A DNA stretch of 64,000 bases from an uncultured Nitrospiraceae bacterium. GTDB taxonomy: Bacteria > Nitrospirota > Nitrospiria > Nitrospirales > Nitrospiraceae. The translations under genes were made by a program, and so were the position numbers. The stretch covers positions 2,304,001 to 2,368,000 of the forward strand of contig CAWJWJ010000002.1 in NCBI GenBank assembly GCA_963846575.1, written 5' to 3'. Below the pieces are notes generated by a model. It was not told the DNA's origin and searched no databases. It was given only the letters and a program-made list of their open reading frames with translations. Positions 28,683-38,657 of this stretch are shown here, one piece after another (position 1 is the stretch's first letter; the number at the start of each line of letters is the position of its first letter).

Positions 28683-30419
28683 TTATTCGAGACTCACATC
28701 GGCAAACTGCATGGCATGCAATCGCCTGTACATGCCGCCCTTCCGGAGCAACTCGTCATGCGACCCGACTTCGACCACGGTGCCGCGATCCAGGACCACA
28801 ATACGATCGGCATTTTGAATCGTGGACAGCCGGTGCGCGACCACCAATGTCGTCCGGTTTTTCATCAGATTGGCCAGCGCCATCTGGACGATCCGCTCCG
28901 ACTGCGTGTCCAGGGCCGAGGTCGCTTCATCCAAAATCAACAGCGGCGGGTCGCGGAGAATGGCCCGCGCAATCGCCAGGCGCTGGCGTTCGCCGCCCGA
29001 CAGTTTGAGCCCCCGCTCGCCGATGAGGGTGTCATATCCATTCGGCATGCGGACGATGAAATCATGCGCGTAGGCCAGCTGTGCGGCACGCATGACGTCT
29101 TCCGGCGTGGCGCCCTGCCGTCCATATCCGATGTTGTTGCGGACGGTGTCGTCGAATAACACGACCTCCTGGGAGACGATTCCGATCTGCCCGCGCACGG
29201 AGCGCAACGTGCAGGCGCGAAGGTCCACCCCGTCGATCAGAATCTGCCCGCCGGTCGGATCGTAAAATCTCGGCAGCAGGCTCACCAGGGTGGTTTTTCC
29301 GCTTCCGCTGCTGCCCACGAACGCAATGACCTCCCCTGCACGGATCGTCAGGTCGATACCGGTCAACGCGGCATCGGTCTGGCCATCATACCGGAACGCC
29401 ACCTGGCGAAACTCAAGGGAGCGGGAAATCGACGGCAGATCTGTCTGCCCACCAACGGCATCCTGTTCGGACGGCAGATCGAGCACTTCGAAGACCCGTT
29501 CGGCAGCCGCGAGCGCCTGCTGAACCGTGTTGTTGGCGCCTGAGAGCCTTCGAATCGGCGTGTACGCCATGAACATGGCGGCCAGAAACGAGAAAAACGC
29601 GCCGGGCGTCATCTCATCGTGGATGACCAGAAAGCCGCCGTACCAGATGATCCCTGCGATCCCGAGCACACCGATCACTTCCATGTGGGAGGAGCCCAGG
29701 GAGGAGACCTGAATGGCTTTCATCGTCGTGTGAATGAAGGCCTCGTTGCTGTGCCGGAACCGTGAGGTTTCCTCCCCCTCCCGTCCGAACGACTTCACCA
29801 TCCTGATACCGGCCATCGTCTCCTGAAGGGTCGAGGCCATATCGCCCATGCGCTCCTGCCCGCGCGTCGCAAGGCTCCGGAGTCGTTGCCCCATCCGCAC
29901 CATCGTGATCACGGAGAGCGGAACGACGATCATCGAGACCATGGCGAGTTTCCAGTTTTGATAGACGATCACTCCGATCATCGCCAGGAAGGTGAGGCCC
30001 TGCTGGAACAAATCCTTCAAAACCCCGGCAACGGCGTTGGCCATCAGATTGACGTCATTGATGACGCGCGAGACCAACCGGCCGGAGGTATTGGTGTCGT
30101 GGAAGTGAACCGGCAACTGCACCAGCTTGGAAAAGAGTTGCGCCCTGATGTCGCCGATCACCTGGTTTCCGACGTAGTTCATCAGGTAATTCTGTCCGTA
30201 GTTGAACAGGCCCTTGAGGATCGCGACGGCCAGAATCGCGATAGGGAGCACCAGCAACAGGCTTTCATCCTTGCTGATAAACAGTCCGTCCAGAACCGGT
30301 CGAACCAGCCAGGCATAGGCCGCGGAAAGTCCCGCGACCAGCAACGCACAGAGAAATGCCGCCCCCAATCGAAATCGGTAGGGTTCCAAGTACCTGAGGA
30401 GACGAATGTACTGTTTCAT
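28683..30419 (-). CDS. msbA: Lipid A flippase ABC transporter
   Basis: Six-TM domain plus NBD: GSSGSGKTT, LSGGERQR, ILDEATSALD, AHRLST; lies between lpxB and waaA/lpxK. Confidence 0.92.
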   Translation of the reverse strand: MKQYIRLLRYLEPYRFRLGAAFLCALLVAGLSAAYAWLVRPVLDGLFISKDESLLLVLPIAILAVAILKGLFNYGQNYLMNYVGNQVIGDIRAQLFSKLVQLPVHFHDTNTSGRLVSRVINDVNLMANAVAGVLKDLFQQGLTFLAMIGVIVYQNWKLAMVSMIVVPLSVITMVRMGQRLRSLATRGQERMGDMASTLQETMAGIRMVKSFGREGEETSRFRHSNEAFIHTTMKAIQVSSLGSSHMEVIGVLGIAGIIWYGGFLVIHDEMTPGAFFSFLAAMFMAYTPIRRLSGANNTVQQALAAAERVFEVLDLPSEQDAVGGQTDLPSISRSLEFRQVAFRYDGQTDAALTGIDLTIRAGEVIAFVGSSGSGKTTLVSLLPRFYDPTGGQILIDGVDLRACTLRSVRGQIGIVSQEVVLFDDTVRNNIGYGRQGATPEDVMRAAQLAYAHDFIVRMPNGYDTLIGERGLKLSGGERQRLAIARAILRDPPLLILDEATSALDTQSERIVQMALANLMKNRTTLVVAHRLSTIQNADRIVVLDRGTVVEVGSHDELLRKGGMYRRLHAMQFADVSLE

Positions 30420-31549
30420 AGATGACACTCGGCGAGCACCGCCTCCGCCGCGCGGCGCGAGGCGCCCGGGGTGCCCAGGGCCTGCCGTACCGAGACCAGC
30501 GCGGCCTGCATGTCCTGGTAGGCACGGGAATCCGCCAGCAACCGTTCCGTCTCTTGCACGAGCCGCTCCGGCGTCGCCTCATCGTGAATGAGCTCCGGCA
30601 CGATCCCTCGCCCCGCGACCAGGTTCGCGAGTCCGATCCAGGGCACCCGGATCAGGAGACGTGCCAGCCGGTACGTGATCCAGGAGGGGGCTCGATAGAA
30701 CAGGATCATCGGGGTCCCCACGACCGCCGCCTGCAGCGTGGACGTGCCGGACTTGACGACAAGAAGGTCCGAGGCGGCCATGACTTCGCTGGCCTGATTC
30801 CGTACGACTCGGATGGGAACCTGATTGTCCCGCATCAGTTCGCTCAGGAATTGATCCTGGACTGTCGAGGCCTGTGCCAGGATAAACTGCATCGCGGGAT
30901 GCCGTTCCGCGAGACGCTTCACCGTGGCCAGCAACAGCGGCATGTGTTCCTTCAGTTCTCCCTTGCGACTGCCGGGAAAGAGCCCGATGACCGGACCAGC
31001 CTGCGACAAACCGAACTCCCGCCGCAAGGCCTCCCGGTCGTAGGCCGGGGCCACCTCGTCCAGAATGGGATTGCCGACGAACGTACAACGGACACCCGCC
31101 TGCGTATAGAGTGGCGCCTCGAACGGAAGAATCGCAAGCACATGATCCACGCGCTGTTGGATCCAGCGCATACGCCCTCTACGCCAGGCCCACAGTTGCG
31201 GCGCAATGTAGTAGAGCACCTTGAGCCCGCAGGCCTTGGCCACCCGTGCGAAGTGAAAGTTCAGGCCGGGATTGTCGATCAGGACGACGAGATCCCAGCG
31301 CTCCCCCTTGATCAATTGCCTGATTCTGGCAATCCGCTTCAGCATCGTTCGCACCGCCGACAAGCCGATCAGTCCCATCACGTCGAGTTGCGGGATATCC
31401 TGCACCAGTTCCGCGCCGGCCGCCTGCATCGATGCTCCGCCAACGCCGACCACCCGCAAGGAAGGAGAGAGGGTTTTCAGCGCCTTGACCAGATGCGCCC
31501 CGTGCAGATCACCCGAAGCCTCTCCGGTCACGATTAGGATGCGTGGCAT
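30416..31549 (-). CDS. lpxB: Lipid-A-disaccharide synthase
   Basis: TGEASGDLHGA, IDNPGLN, YYIAPQLWAWR, ILPFE, FVGNP, PGSR, KSGTSTL. Confidence 0.95.
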   Translation of the reverse strand: MPRILIVTGEASGDLHGAHLVKALKTLSPSLRVVGVGGASMQAAGAELVQDIPQLDVMGLIGLSAVRTMLKRIARIRQLIKGERWDLVVLIDNPGLNFHFARVAKACGLKVLYYIAPQLWAWRRGRMRWIQQRVDHVLAILPFEAPLYTQAGVRCTFVGNPILDEVAPAYDREALRREFGLSQAGPVIGLFPGSRKGELKEHMPLLLATVKRLAERHPAMQFILAQASTVQDQFLSELMRDNQVPIRVVRNQASEVMAASDLLVVKSGTSTLQAAVVGTPMILFYRAPSWITYRLARLLIRVPWIGLANLVAGRGIVPELIHDEATPERLVQETERLLADSRAYQDMQAALVSVRQALGTPGASRRAAEAVLAECHL

Positions 31550-31588
31550 ATCACTCGTTTCATGGGGCGGACCGGCGGCCGGATCCTG

Positions 31589-32578
31589 TCAGAGGTTCTC
31601 CCGGGCAAGTCCCGGTTCAGACCCGCCTTCCGCCTGGTGGCGGCCGGTGAATTGACCGATGGCCTCCAACACGCGCGTCGCCAGATTGAGTGCTGCCTCG
31701 CCATCCTCTCCTGACACGACAGGACGCGATCCGCTCGCGACCGCATGAATAAACGCGTCCAGTTCGAGGCGCAACGGCTCGTCGTCGCCGGCCTGAAAGG
31801 TTTCGACGTCGATCGTCGGCCGAGTCCCCTTGTCGTGCATGCGGCGGGACACCATCGACTGGCGCGTCTGGAAATCGATGGAGACATACCGGTCGCGTTG
31901 AAAGACCCGCAAGCGGCGCATCTTGTTCGTTGACACGCGGCTGGCCGTCACGTTTGCAACACATCCGCTGGCAAAGGCGATGCGCGCGTTGGCGATATCG
32001 ATGTTCGAGGACAGCACCGGCACGCCGGCGGCCCGAACTTCCTCGACCGGCCCCGGGTTGAACGACAGGACCAGGTCCAGATCATGAATCATCAGGTCCA
32101 GCACGACGTCGACATCGGTTCCCCGCTCACCGAACGCGCTCAACCGGTGACATTCGATAAAGGCGGGCCGATCGATGTAGGGCCGCATGCGTTGCATGAT
32201 CGGGTTGAACCGCTCGCTATGCCCGACCTGCAGGCGACAGCCGCGTCGCGACGCCAGTTCGATCAACTCACGGGCTTCGACCGACGTGACGGCAATGGGC
32301 TTTTCGACCAGGACATGCTTGCCGGCGTCCAGGCAGGCCTTGGTCGCCGCGAAATGGGCGGAGGTCGGGGCGGCCACGCTGACGATCTCGACCTGTCTCA
32401 GGAGTTCGTTGAGATCCGTCCAGGCCTGCACGCCATGCCGCTCGGCAATGAGCCTGGCCCGGCCGGCGTCGGCGTCGAACACGCCCACCAGGACCGAGCC
32501 CGGAAGCGTCGCATAATGCCGGGCGTGATGTTGCCCCAGGTGACCGACACCGATCACGCCGGCCCTGAGCCGCGTCAT
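31589..32578 (-). CDS. Gfo/Idh/MocA oxidoreductase, GnnA-like (UDP-GlcNAc 3-dehydrogenase)
   Basis: GVGHLGQHHAR, VEKP, VGHSERFNP, DVDVVLDLMIHDLD, TASRVS; positioned between lpxA/lpxI and lpxB. Confidence 0.75.
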   Translation of the reverse strand: MTRLRAGVIGVGHLGQHHARHYATLPGSVLVGVFDADAGRARLIAERHGVQAWTDLNELLRQVEIVSVAAPTSAHFAATKACLDAGKHVLVEKPIAVTSVEARELIELASRRGCRLQVGHSERFNPIMQRMRPYIDRPAFIECHRLSAFGERGTDVDVVLDLMIHDLDLVLSFNPGPVEEVRAAGVPVLSSNIDIANARIAFASGCVANVTASRVSTNKMRRLRVFQRDRYVSIDFQTRQSMVSRRMHDKGTRPTIDVETFQAGDDEPLRLELDAFIHAVASGSRPVVSGEDGEAALNLATRVLEAIGQFTGRHQAEGGSEPGLARENL

Positions 32579-32630
32579 CGGCCGCCGCTCCGGAACGGGC
32601 CGCCAACCATCGTTGCTCTGCCCAACAACA

Positions 32631-33473
32631 TCATGTTAGTCCGACGATCGCAATACCGGCACGGTTGGCCTTCGCAATCGTCTCGTCACGGTCCAGGAGA
32701 ATGCCACGCCCTGCTTCCAGCGCCAGGACGGAAGCCTTGACGGCCTCCATCACCTCGATGGTGCGCGGACCCACGGCGGGAAGGTCGAACCGGAGGTCCT
32801 GCTGGGGCTTGCATCGCTTGACCACCACCGCGCCGCCATGCGCCAGCTCACCGCCCCGGCGTATGGCTCCATCCGTGCCTTCCACGGCCTCCACGGCAAC
32901 GATCACGCGATCCTTCACGACCACGCACTGGCCGATGTCCAATGCGCCGATCTGTTTGCCCACGTCCCATCCGTAGCGGATGTCGTCCCATTCCTTCTTA
33001 TTCGGTTCACGCCTGGTTAGGGTCCCGGCTTCCACGAGAATGCCCTGGAGCCCGAATGTAGACTCGCAGATCTCGATCCCTTCTGCTTCAATTTCTTCGG
33101 CAACCCGGCGCAGAATGTCGTCGTCTTTGAGGTGAATCAATTTGGCGGCCAGAGCCAAGGCCCGAAAGTCCGGCCTGACCGTGGAAAACACGTGGGTCTT
33201 CTTGATGCCTCCGAGCATGACCGCCCGCTGCACACCGTCCCCCTTGAGGGCCTCGATCAGCTTACCGAACTGCCCGATTTTGATCCAGTGGATGCGATCG
33301 ACGTGTTGCGCGAGTGCCGGTTCGGTTTCGCCTTCATGCGCCACCGCGGACACGGTATACCCGAGCCGCTTCGCATTGTCGGCAAAGATGATCGGGAACC
33401 GGCCGTTGCCCGCGATGAGTCCGATCCGCTGTCCGTTGGACGCCTGTATGCCGTCGACCACCTGTTCCCTCAC
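32631..33473 (-). CDS. lpxI: UDP-2,3-diacylglucosamine pyrophosphatase
   Basis: GLIAGNGRFP, DIGQCVVV, AVEAVEGTD, KPQQDLRFDLPAVG; follows lpxA; GTG start approximate. Confidence 0.9.
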   Translation of the reverse strand: MREQVVDGIQASNGQRIGLIAGNGRFPIIFADNAKRLGYTVSAVAHEGETEPALAQHVDRIHWIKIGQFGKLIEALKGDGVQRAVMLGGIKKTHVFSTVRPDFRALALAAKLIHLKDDDILRRVAEEIEAEGIEICESTFGLQGILVEAGTLTRREPNKKEWDDIRYGWDVGKQIGALDIGQCVVVKDRVIVAVEAVEGTDGAIRRGGELAHGGAVVVKRCKPQQDLRFDLPAVGPRTIEVMEAVKASVLALEAGRGILLDRDETIAKANRAGIAIVGLT

Positions 33474-33474
33474 C

Positions 33475-34284
33475 CTACTCCTCGTCGCCCTCTTGATCCT
33501 TGCCGATCGAACGGCAGATGCCCCGTTTGGTTCCTTCCATGAAATCGGCCACCTGCATGACATCCTGGCTTGCGCCGAAGCGGTCACGCGCCAGCTTGAC
33601 GGCTTCTCCCACACGATGTCCTGAACGGAAGAGCACCTCGTACGCCTGCTTCAATGCCGAAATACGTTCGGAGGAAAACCCATGCCGGCGCAGGCCGATC
33701 GAGTTCAAGCCGAACATGCGCGCGCGATACCCGCCCGCCGCCCGCATGAAGGGCGGTACGTCCTGGCCGAGCGCGCAACAGCCGCCGACCATGGCATAGG
33801 CCCCGATACGCACGAACTGGTGGATGCCGGACAGCCCGCCGATAATGGCATGATCGCCGATGGTGATATGGCCGGCCAAACTCGCGGCATTCGCGAGAAT
33901 GAGATGATTGCCGAGATGGCAATCATGGGCCACATGCACGTAAGCCATCAGAAAATTGGAGTGGCCCACACTCGTAATGCCGCCCCCCTGTAACGTCGCC
34001 CGGTTGACCGTGACATACTCGCGCAGGATGTTGTCGTGCCCGATCACGACCTTGGTCGGCTCACCCTTATACTGCATGTGTTGCGGCGGCCCTCCGACCG
34101 AGACGAAAGGATGCAATTCGCACCGCTCGCCGATATCGGTCCAGCCGTCAATACAGACATGAGACAACACGCGCGTGCCTGCGCCGATCCTGACGTGTTC
34201 ACCGACGACGGAATAGGCGCCCACTTCCACGTCGTCCGCAAGCACCGCCTTGGGATGGATCACTGCGGTCGGATGTATCTTCAC
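33475..34284 (-). CDS. lpxA: UDP-N-acetylglucosamine acyltransferase
   Basis: IHPTAVI, hexapeptide repeats, REYVTVNRAT, AYVHVAHDC, HQFVRIG, GLNSIGLRR. Confidence 0.96.
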   Translation of the reverse strand: MKIHPTAVIHPKAVLADDVEVGAYSVVGEHVRIGAGTRVLSHVCIDGWTDIGERCELHPFVSVGGPPQHMQYKGEPTKVVIGHDNILREYVTVNRATLQGGGITSVGHSNFLMAYVHVAHDCHLGNHLILANAASLAGHITIGDHAIIGGLSGIHQFVRIGAYAMVGGCCALGQDVPPFMRAAGGYRARMFGLNSIGLRRHGFSSERISALKQAYEVLFRSGHRVGEAVKLARDRFGASQDVMQVADFMEGTKRGICRSIGKDQEGDEE

Positions 34285-34352
34285 TCACACCTCCTCACCA
34301 TCGTCCGCGGCCAGCGGCCATACCGGGCCGCCGGTCTACCGATTGAGCCCGG

Positions 34353-34808
34353 TTACTGGCCTGTCGCCGCCTTCTCATCCGTCACCATGGCGGTGACCTC
34401 AGCCTCACACACCAACTCAGCTTCGACGAAGGCCTTGCCCTGCATCTTCCAGAACGGCGGGCGCTTCTTAATGACATCCACTTCCAGCCGGAGGATATCG
34501 CCGGGAACGACAGGTTTCCGGAACTTGGCCGCGTCGATGCCGGTCAAATACACGACGGGACGGTTGACCGACCCGAGCGACTTGAACGCCAGCACGCCGC
34601 CGACCTGAGCCAAGGCCTCCAGAATCAACACACCGGGCATCACCGGGCGACCGGGGAAATGGCCCTGAAAGAACGGCTCGTTAAACGTCACATTTTTGAT
34701 ACCTACGATACGCCGGTCCGGCTCCAGCTCTCGAATGCGATCGACGAGCAGGAACGGATACCGGTGGGGAAGGATCGCTTGAATCTCCATGCTGTCCATC
34801 ACTGACAT
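34353..34808 (-). CDS. fabZ: 3-hydroxyacyl-ACP dehydratase
   Basis: LPHRYPFLLVDR, FFQGHFPGRPVMPGVLILEALAQ, FRKPVVPGD. Confidence 0.97.
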   Translation of the reverse strand: MSVMDSMEIQAILPHRYPFLLVDRIRELEPDRRIVGIKNVTFNEPFFQGHFPGRPVMPGVLILEALAQVGGVLAFKSLGSVNRPVVYLTGIDAAKFRKPVVPGDILRLEVDVIKKRPPFWKMQGKAFVEAELVCEAEVTAMVTDEKAATGQ

Positions 34809-34851
34809 CAGCCCCGCCTCCTGTATTGCCTAGACGACTGCCATGATCCCG

Positions 34852-35403
34852 CTACTTGTTCTGCCGATCGAACTCCTTGATGACCTGTTCCGTGATATCG
34901 ACCGAAGGATGACTGTACAGCACAATCTTGACCGTGGCATCACTGCCTTTATCGATGACCGCGGTATAGCCCTCTTTTTGAGCCACCGCCGAGGCCGCGG
35001 CATGAATTTTCTGGGCATACTCCGCCACCATCCCGCGCTGCTTCTCCTGCACTTCCCGGTTGAAATCCTGAATCCGCCGCTGATAGGCCTCGAGCTTCGT
35101 CTTGAAATGCTCCTGCTTCTCCCTCCGAACCTCCTCCGAGAAATTCGGGTCCTGCACACCCTTCTCCAGTTCTTTCAATTCAAGGTCGTCCGAATCGATG
35201 ATTTTCTGACGCGTGGTGGAATAACTTTTCAGATCCTCCAGGGCACGTTTTCCCGCCGCGCTGCGCTCGATGACCTGCTGCTGGTCCATCATGGCCACCT
35301 TCAGGCGATCCGCCGCCTGAACCGGCTGGGCGATCCACGCCAACAGAATCTGTACGATGCCCACGACCATCCAATTTCGTCGAATCATGGCATTCCTCAT
35401 CAT
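34852..35403 (-). CDS. skp: OmpH/Skp periplasmic chaperone
   Basis: Signal peptide, KVAMMDQQQV, coiled-coil tentacles, DITEQVIKEF. Confidence 0.85.
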   Translation of the reverse strand: MMRNAMIRRNWMVVGIVQILLAWIAQPVQAADRLKVAMMDQQQVIERSAAGKRALEDLKSYSTTRQKIIDSDDLELKELEKGVQDPNFSEEVRREKQEHFKTKLEAYQRRIQDFNREVQEKQRGMVAEYAQKIHAAASAVAQKEGYTAVIDKGSDATVKIVLYSHPSVDITEQVIKEFDRQNK

Positions 35404-35945
35404 GGATAGGTTTGGTTGAACTCCTCGATCAACTGTGACGACACATCAATCGCCTCGTCGAAGTACAGGGTCGGCCCTCCCCGCCCGCGATCGAAAATCG
35501 CCTGGAGATCCAGGCGTTTGGCCACCTTGCCGCTCATGGCCTCGATCTTATCGCGAAAACCCTCCAATACATCCTTCTGCTTGTCCTGCACTTCGCGATT
35601 GAGGTCGGTGACTTTCTGCTGGTACTCCGCCATACGGCGCCGGAATTGTTCCTCGCGTTCACGCTTGGCCGTGGCGCTCAGCACACTACCCTGCTTCATA
35701 AAATCTTCTTCCATCCGGCGCAGCTCCTTCTCTTCCAGTTCGATGAGCGCTTGCCGGTTCTTGGCAAAAGACGCGAGCATCTCTTTGGCCTTCTTCCCGA
35801 CGTTCGTTTCGCTCAAGAGCCGTTGAGGATCCACGACTCCGATACGCGTCGAGGCCGGCACTGTAGAACGATTCGACTGACACCCCGCCGTGACCACTGC
35901 GGTGGTCAGGAGCGCCAGGCATATCCCCGCCCGCCCTGCGCTCAT
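35400..35945 (-). CDS. skp: OmpH/Skp family protein, possibly a lipoprotein
   Basis: Hydrophobic leader ending VTAGC (lipobox-like), IGVVDPQRLL, coiled coil, DVSSQLIEEF; start approximate. Confidence 0.8.
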   Translation of the reverse strand: MSAGRAGICLALLTTAVVTAGCQSNRSTVPASTRIGVVDPQRLLSETNVGKKAKEMLASFAKNRQALIELEEKELRRMEEDFMKQGSVLSATAKREREEQFRRRMAEYQQKVTDLNREVQDKQKDVLEGFRDKIEAMSGKVAKRLDLQAIFDRGRGGPTLYFDEAIDVSSQLIEEFNQTYP

Positions 35946-36017
35946 GACACTGTTCCGGACTGCCTGTGCACCCATTCTGCCGATTCCTTTCTCGAACCGC
36001 GATTCACAGATCCTGCG

Positions 36018-38342
36018 TTAGAAGAGGGAGCCGATCGTGAACTCGAACACCCCCATGCGTTCAGTCGGCCGGGGATCGAGATTGATACCATACGCCGCTC
36101 GTAACGGGCCGAAGGGAGAAATCCATCTGGCTTCGAACCCGACCGCGCTCCGCAGCTTGTTGAACTGCACCGGTTCGCTGTCGTCGAATCCGTTACCATA
36201 ATCGAAAAAGAACACGCCGTTCAATTTGGCCTCGGACGAAATCGTGAAGATGAAATCGTTGTTGAAAATGAGTTCCTTGGCGGACCCCAGGAGTGATCCG
36301 GACGGCGTCACGGGGCCGGCCCGTCCGAAAACGAAGCCGCGCATGGTGTTGATGCCTCCCACGAAAAACCGCTCGGTGAGGGGAATGGGCCGGCCCCCGA
36401 TCCCCTCGGTCTGCCCGTACCGGACCCGGACGGAAAACCGGGTGTCATAGACCAGTGGCGTATATTTCACGACATCGACGAACAGCTTGTAGAAGTGATT
36501 CGTCCCGCCGAGAGCGGGCGTGCCATAGTCGGCGCCGAGGCTCACCCGCCATCCGGTTCGCGGGTCCAGGTAATAATCCCGCGTATCCCGGAAAATCGAT
36601 GTCCGGACGCCGGTCGAAGACTGCGACCCCAACTGGCGGCAGATGAGCGGGATCAGGTCGGGGCACAATCCCTCTTGCGGATCGCGGTAGGTGAGCTGCT
36701 CGCCGAACAGACTGACACTGCCGTTGACGTACTCCGACAACCACCGGCTCCAGGTCGCGCTCACGCCGGATTTCGACTCGAAATAGGAAATGTAATTCGT
36801 CATCGTCCGGTAGACGTCCAGCTGTAGCGCGTTGTACGAGTCGTTCACATAGGGATTACGGAAGGTGATTAATCCCAGGGACCGTTGCTGACCCAGCTGC
36901 CCGCGGATACGGCCCAACCAGCCGTTCCCGCCGAGATTGCCCTCCGTGATATCGGCGATGGCCACCAGTTTATCCAACGTGCTGAACCCGCCGCCGATGC
37001 TGAACTGACCGGTCGGCTTTTCTTTCACCTTGACGTTCAGATCGACCTTATCAGGCTCGACCTGCTGCGGCAGAATTTCCACGGTCTCGAAAAAGTTGAG
37101 GTTGTTCAGGCGTTGAAAACTCCGTTTCAAGGCGAGGGTATCGATGACGTCCTGCTCATCCAGCCGCAGTTCGCGTCGCACCACGTTGTCCCGGGTCTTA
37201 TCATTGCCGGTGACGTGGATCTCCCGGATCCGCATCATCTCCCCTTCCTTTATATTGAGGAGGATCCTGGCCGTGCGCGCCGCGTTGTCGGGGGTCACGT
37301 TCGGCACCACGTCCGCGAAGGCATATCCCTTTGCCCCGTACATGTCGGTAATGCGCGTAATTTCTCCCCTTATCTTGGCCCGCTGGAAAATTTCGCCGGC
37401 TCTGATATTCAACCCTTCGCGCAACTCGTGATCCTCGAAGACCGTGTTTCCGCGAAACCCGACTTCCTGGACGATAAACGGTTCCCCCTCCACGACCGCG
37501 TAGCTGATATCGAACCACTTCTTATCGTCGCTCAGCTGCAGCGTCGGCTGGCTGATCTGAACATTCAGGTAGCCCTTGTTCAAATAGACTTCCCGCATGC
37601 GTTCGATGTCGTTGTTCAGCTCCTCACGCTTGAGCACACCGGCATCCGAGAGCAGCGAGGGCACCTTCATCTGCGTGACGAGCCCATACCACGGAATCCA
37701 CTCTCTGATCGCCGTCACCTTGAACATTTCTTCCTTCGTGACGGCCCGCATGCCCTCGAAATTGATATGTCGGACTTTGGCCTTGGTGCCTTCCTTGATG
37801 AAGAAGGTCAGCCGCTTCCGGTCTTCGTCCACGGTCTGAATGACGGGAATCACCTGACAGTTGAAAAAGCCGTCTTCCTGATAGGCGAGCCGGATTTTGT
37901 CCGCGCTTTCCTTGGCCTGCTGCTGGTCGAGGAAGGTCTGGCTTTTCAGAGTGATTTTTTCTTTCAGCTTATCGTCGCTCAAGTCCTCATTGCCATCGAA
38001 CACGATTTCCGTAATGAAGGGTTTCTCGCGGACGACAAACGTCACCGCCACGCCGCCGGGGCCGGAATCCGTCTCGACCTGCACGTCCTCGAAATAGCCG
38101 GTCCCATAGAGGATCTTGACCTGCTCACGAATCGCGTCGGGAGTGAAGCGGTCATTCGCCTTGAGCGTGAGACGCCCCTCGATTGCCTGTAGCTCAATAC
38201 GTTTCTGGCCACGGATCGTGGCCGAGGTCACCAGCGGCGCGTCGTCCTGTGCAGACAGGAGCTCCCCCACACCAAGCGTGCAGAGCACCACCAGTGCAAA
38301 AACACACAATGAGACCCAACGCCTGCCTCCCGCCTTGATCAC
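36018..38342 (-). CDS. bamA: Outer-membrane protein assembly factor
   Basis: POTRA repeats (GNDKTRDNVVRRE), ERFFVGGINTMRGF, WISPFGPL, C-terminal FEFTIGSLF. Confidence 0.95.
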   Translation of the reverse strand: MIKAGGRRWVSLCVFALVVLCTLGVGELLSAQDDAPLVTSATIRGQKRIELQAIEGRLTLKANDRFTPDAIREQVKILYGTGYFEDVQVETDSGPGGVAVTFVVREKPFITEIVFDGNEDLSDDKLKEKITLKSQTFLDQQQAKESADKIRLAYQEDGFFNCQVIPVIQTVDEDRKRLTFFIKEGTKAKVRHINFEGMRAVTKEEMFKVTAIREWIPWYGLVTQMKVPSLLSDAGVLKREELNNDIERMREVYLNKGYLNVQISQPTLQLSDDKKWFDISYAVVEGEPFIVQEVGFRGNTVFEDHELREGLNIRAGEIFQRAKIRGEITRITDMYGAKGYAFADVVPNVTPDNAARTARILLNIKEGEMMRIREIHVTGNDKTRDNVVRRELRLDEQDVIDTLALKRSFQRLNNLNFFETVEILPQQVEPDKVDLNVKVKEKPTGQFSIGGGFSTLDKLVAIADITEGNLGGNGWLGRIRGQLGQQRSLGLITFRNPYVNDSYNALQLDVYRTMTNYISYFESKSGVSATWSRWLSEYVNGSVSLFGEQLTYRDPQEGLCPDLIPLICRQLGSQSSTGVRTSIFRDTRDYYLDPRTGWRVSLGADYGTPALGGTNHFYKLFVDVVKYTPLVYDTRFSVRVRYGQTEGIGGRPIPLTERFFVGGINTMRGFVFGRAGPVTPSGSLLGSAKELIFNNDFIFTISSEAKLNGVFFFDYGNGFDDSEPVQFNKLRSAVGFEARWISPFGPLRAAYGINLDPRPTERMGVFEFTIGSLF

Positions 38343-38537
38343 CGCAATCCTTCTGTACGACCTGGGAATGCAAGCACTGGTTATCCGAACACGCGAAATA
38401 GGGAATCGTCACGCCTGTCGCGCTCGTGGCATCGAGCAGTCCGATCGCGCGCAGACTCTCACGAACTGTTGCTGTGGCAATCACCGATGCGCCGCTTTCT
38501 TTGCGACATCACCGCACATGTGAAGGAAAACCATGGG

Positions 38538-38566
38538 ATTATATTGACCACCTATTTCAATGTAAA
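38538..38566 (-). promoter_or_regulatory. Sigma70 promoter of the bamA-lpx cluster
   Basis: Minus strand TTTACA-N17-TATAAT, about 190 nt upstream of the bamA GTG. Confidence 0.7.
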
Positions 38567-38621
38567 GGAGTTTCCCGACCGGAGGGCGCATCGACGACGT
38601 CTGAAAAGAGCCGACGAAATC

Positions 38622-38650
38622 TTGACTTCACTTACCCCTTCACATACTAT
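38622..38650 (+). promoter_or_regulatory. Sigma70 promoter of galU-lon, probably giving a leaderless mRNA
   Basis: TTGACT-N17-TACTAT, then 7 nt to the ATG at 38658; no SD. Confidence 0.7.
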
Positions 38651-38657
38651 CCCCCCT

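Noticed and set aside
34353..34364. FabZ C-terminus ATGQ resembling a UBact-like TG[EQ] end
   Set aside because: A three-residue match on an ordinary FabZ; most likely chance.
7440..37839. Long plus-strand ORFs such as 8234-9223, 10441-11442, 23724-24803, 30422-31537 and 36885-38192
   Set aside because: They are antisense shadows of well-supported minus-strand genes in GC-rich DNA and carry no recognisable motifs.
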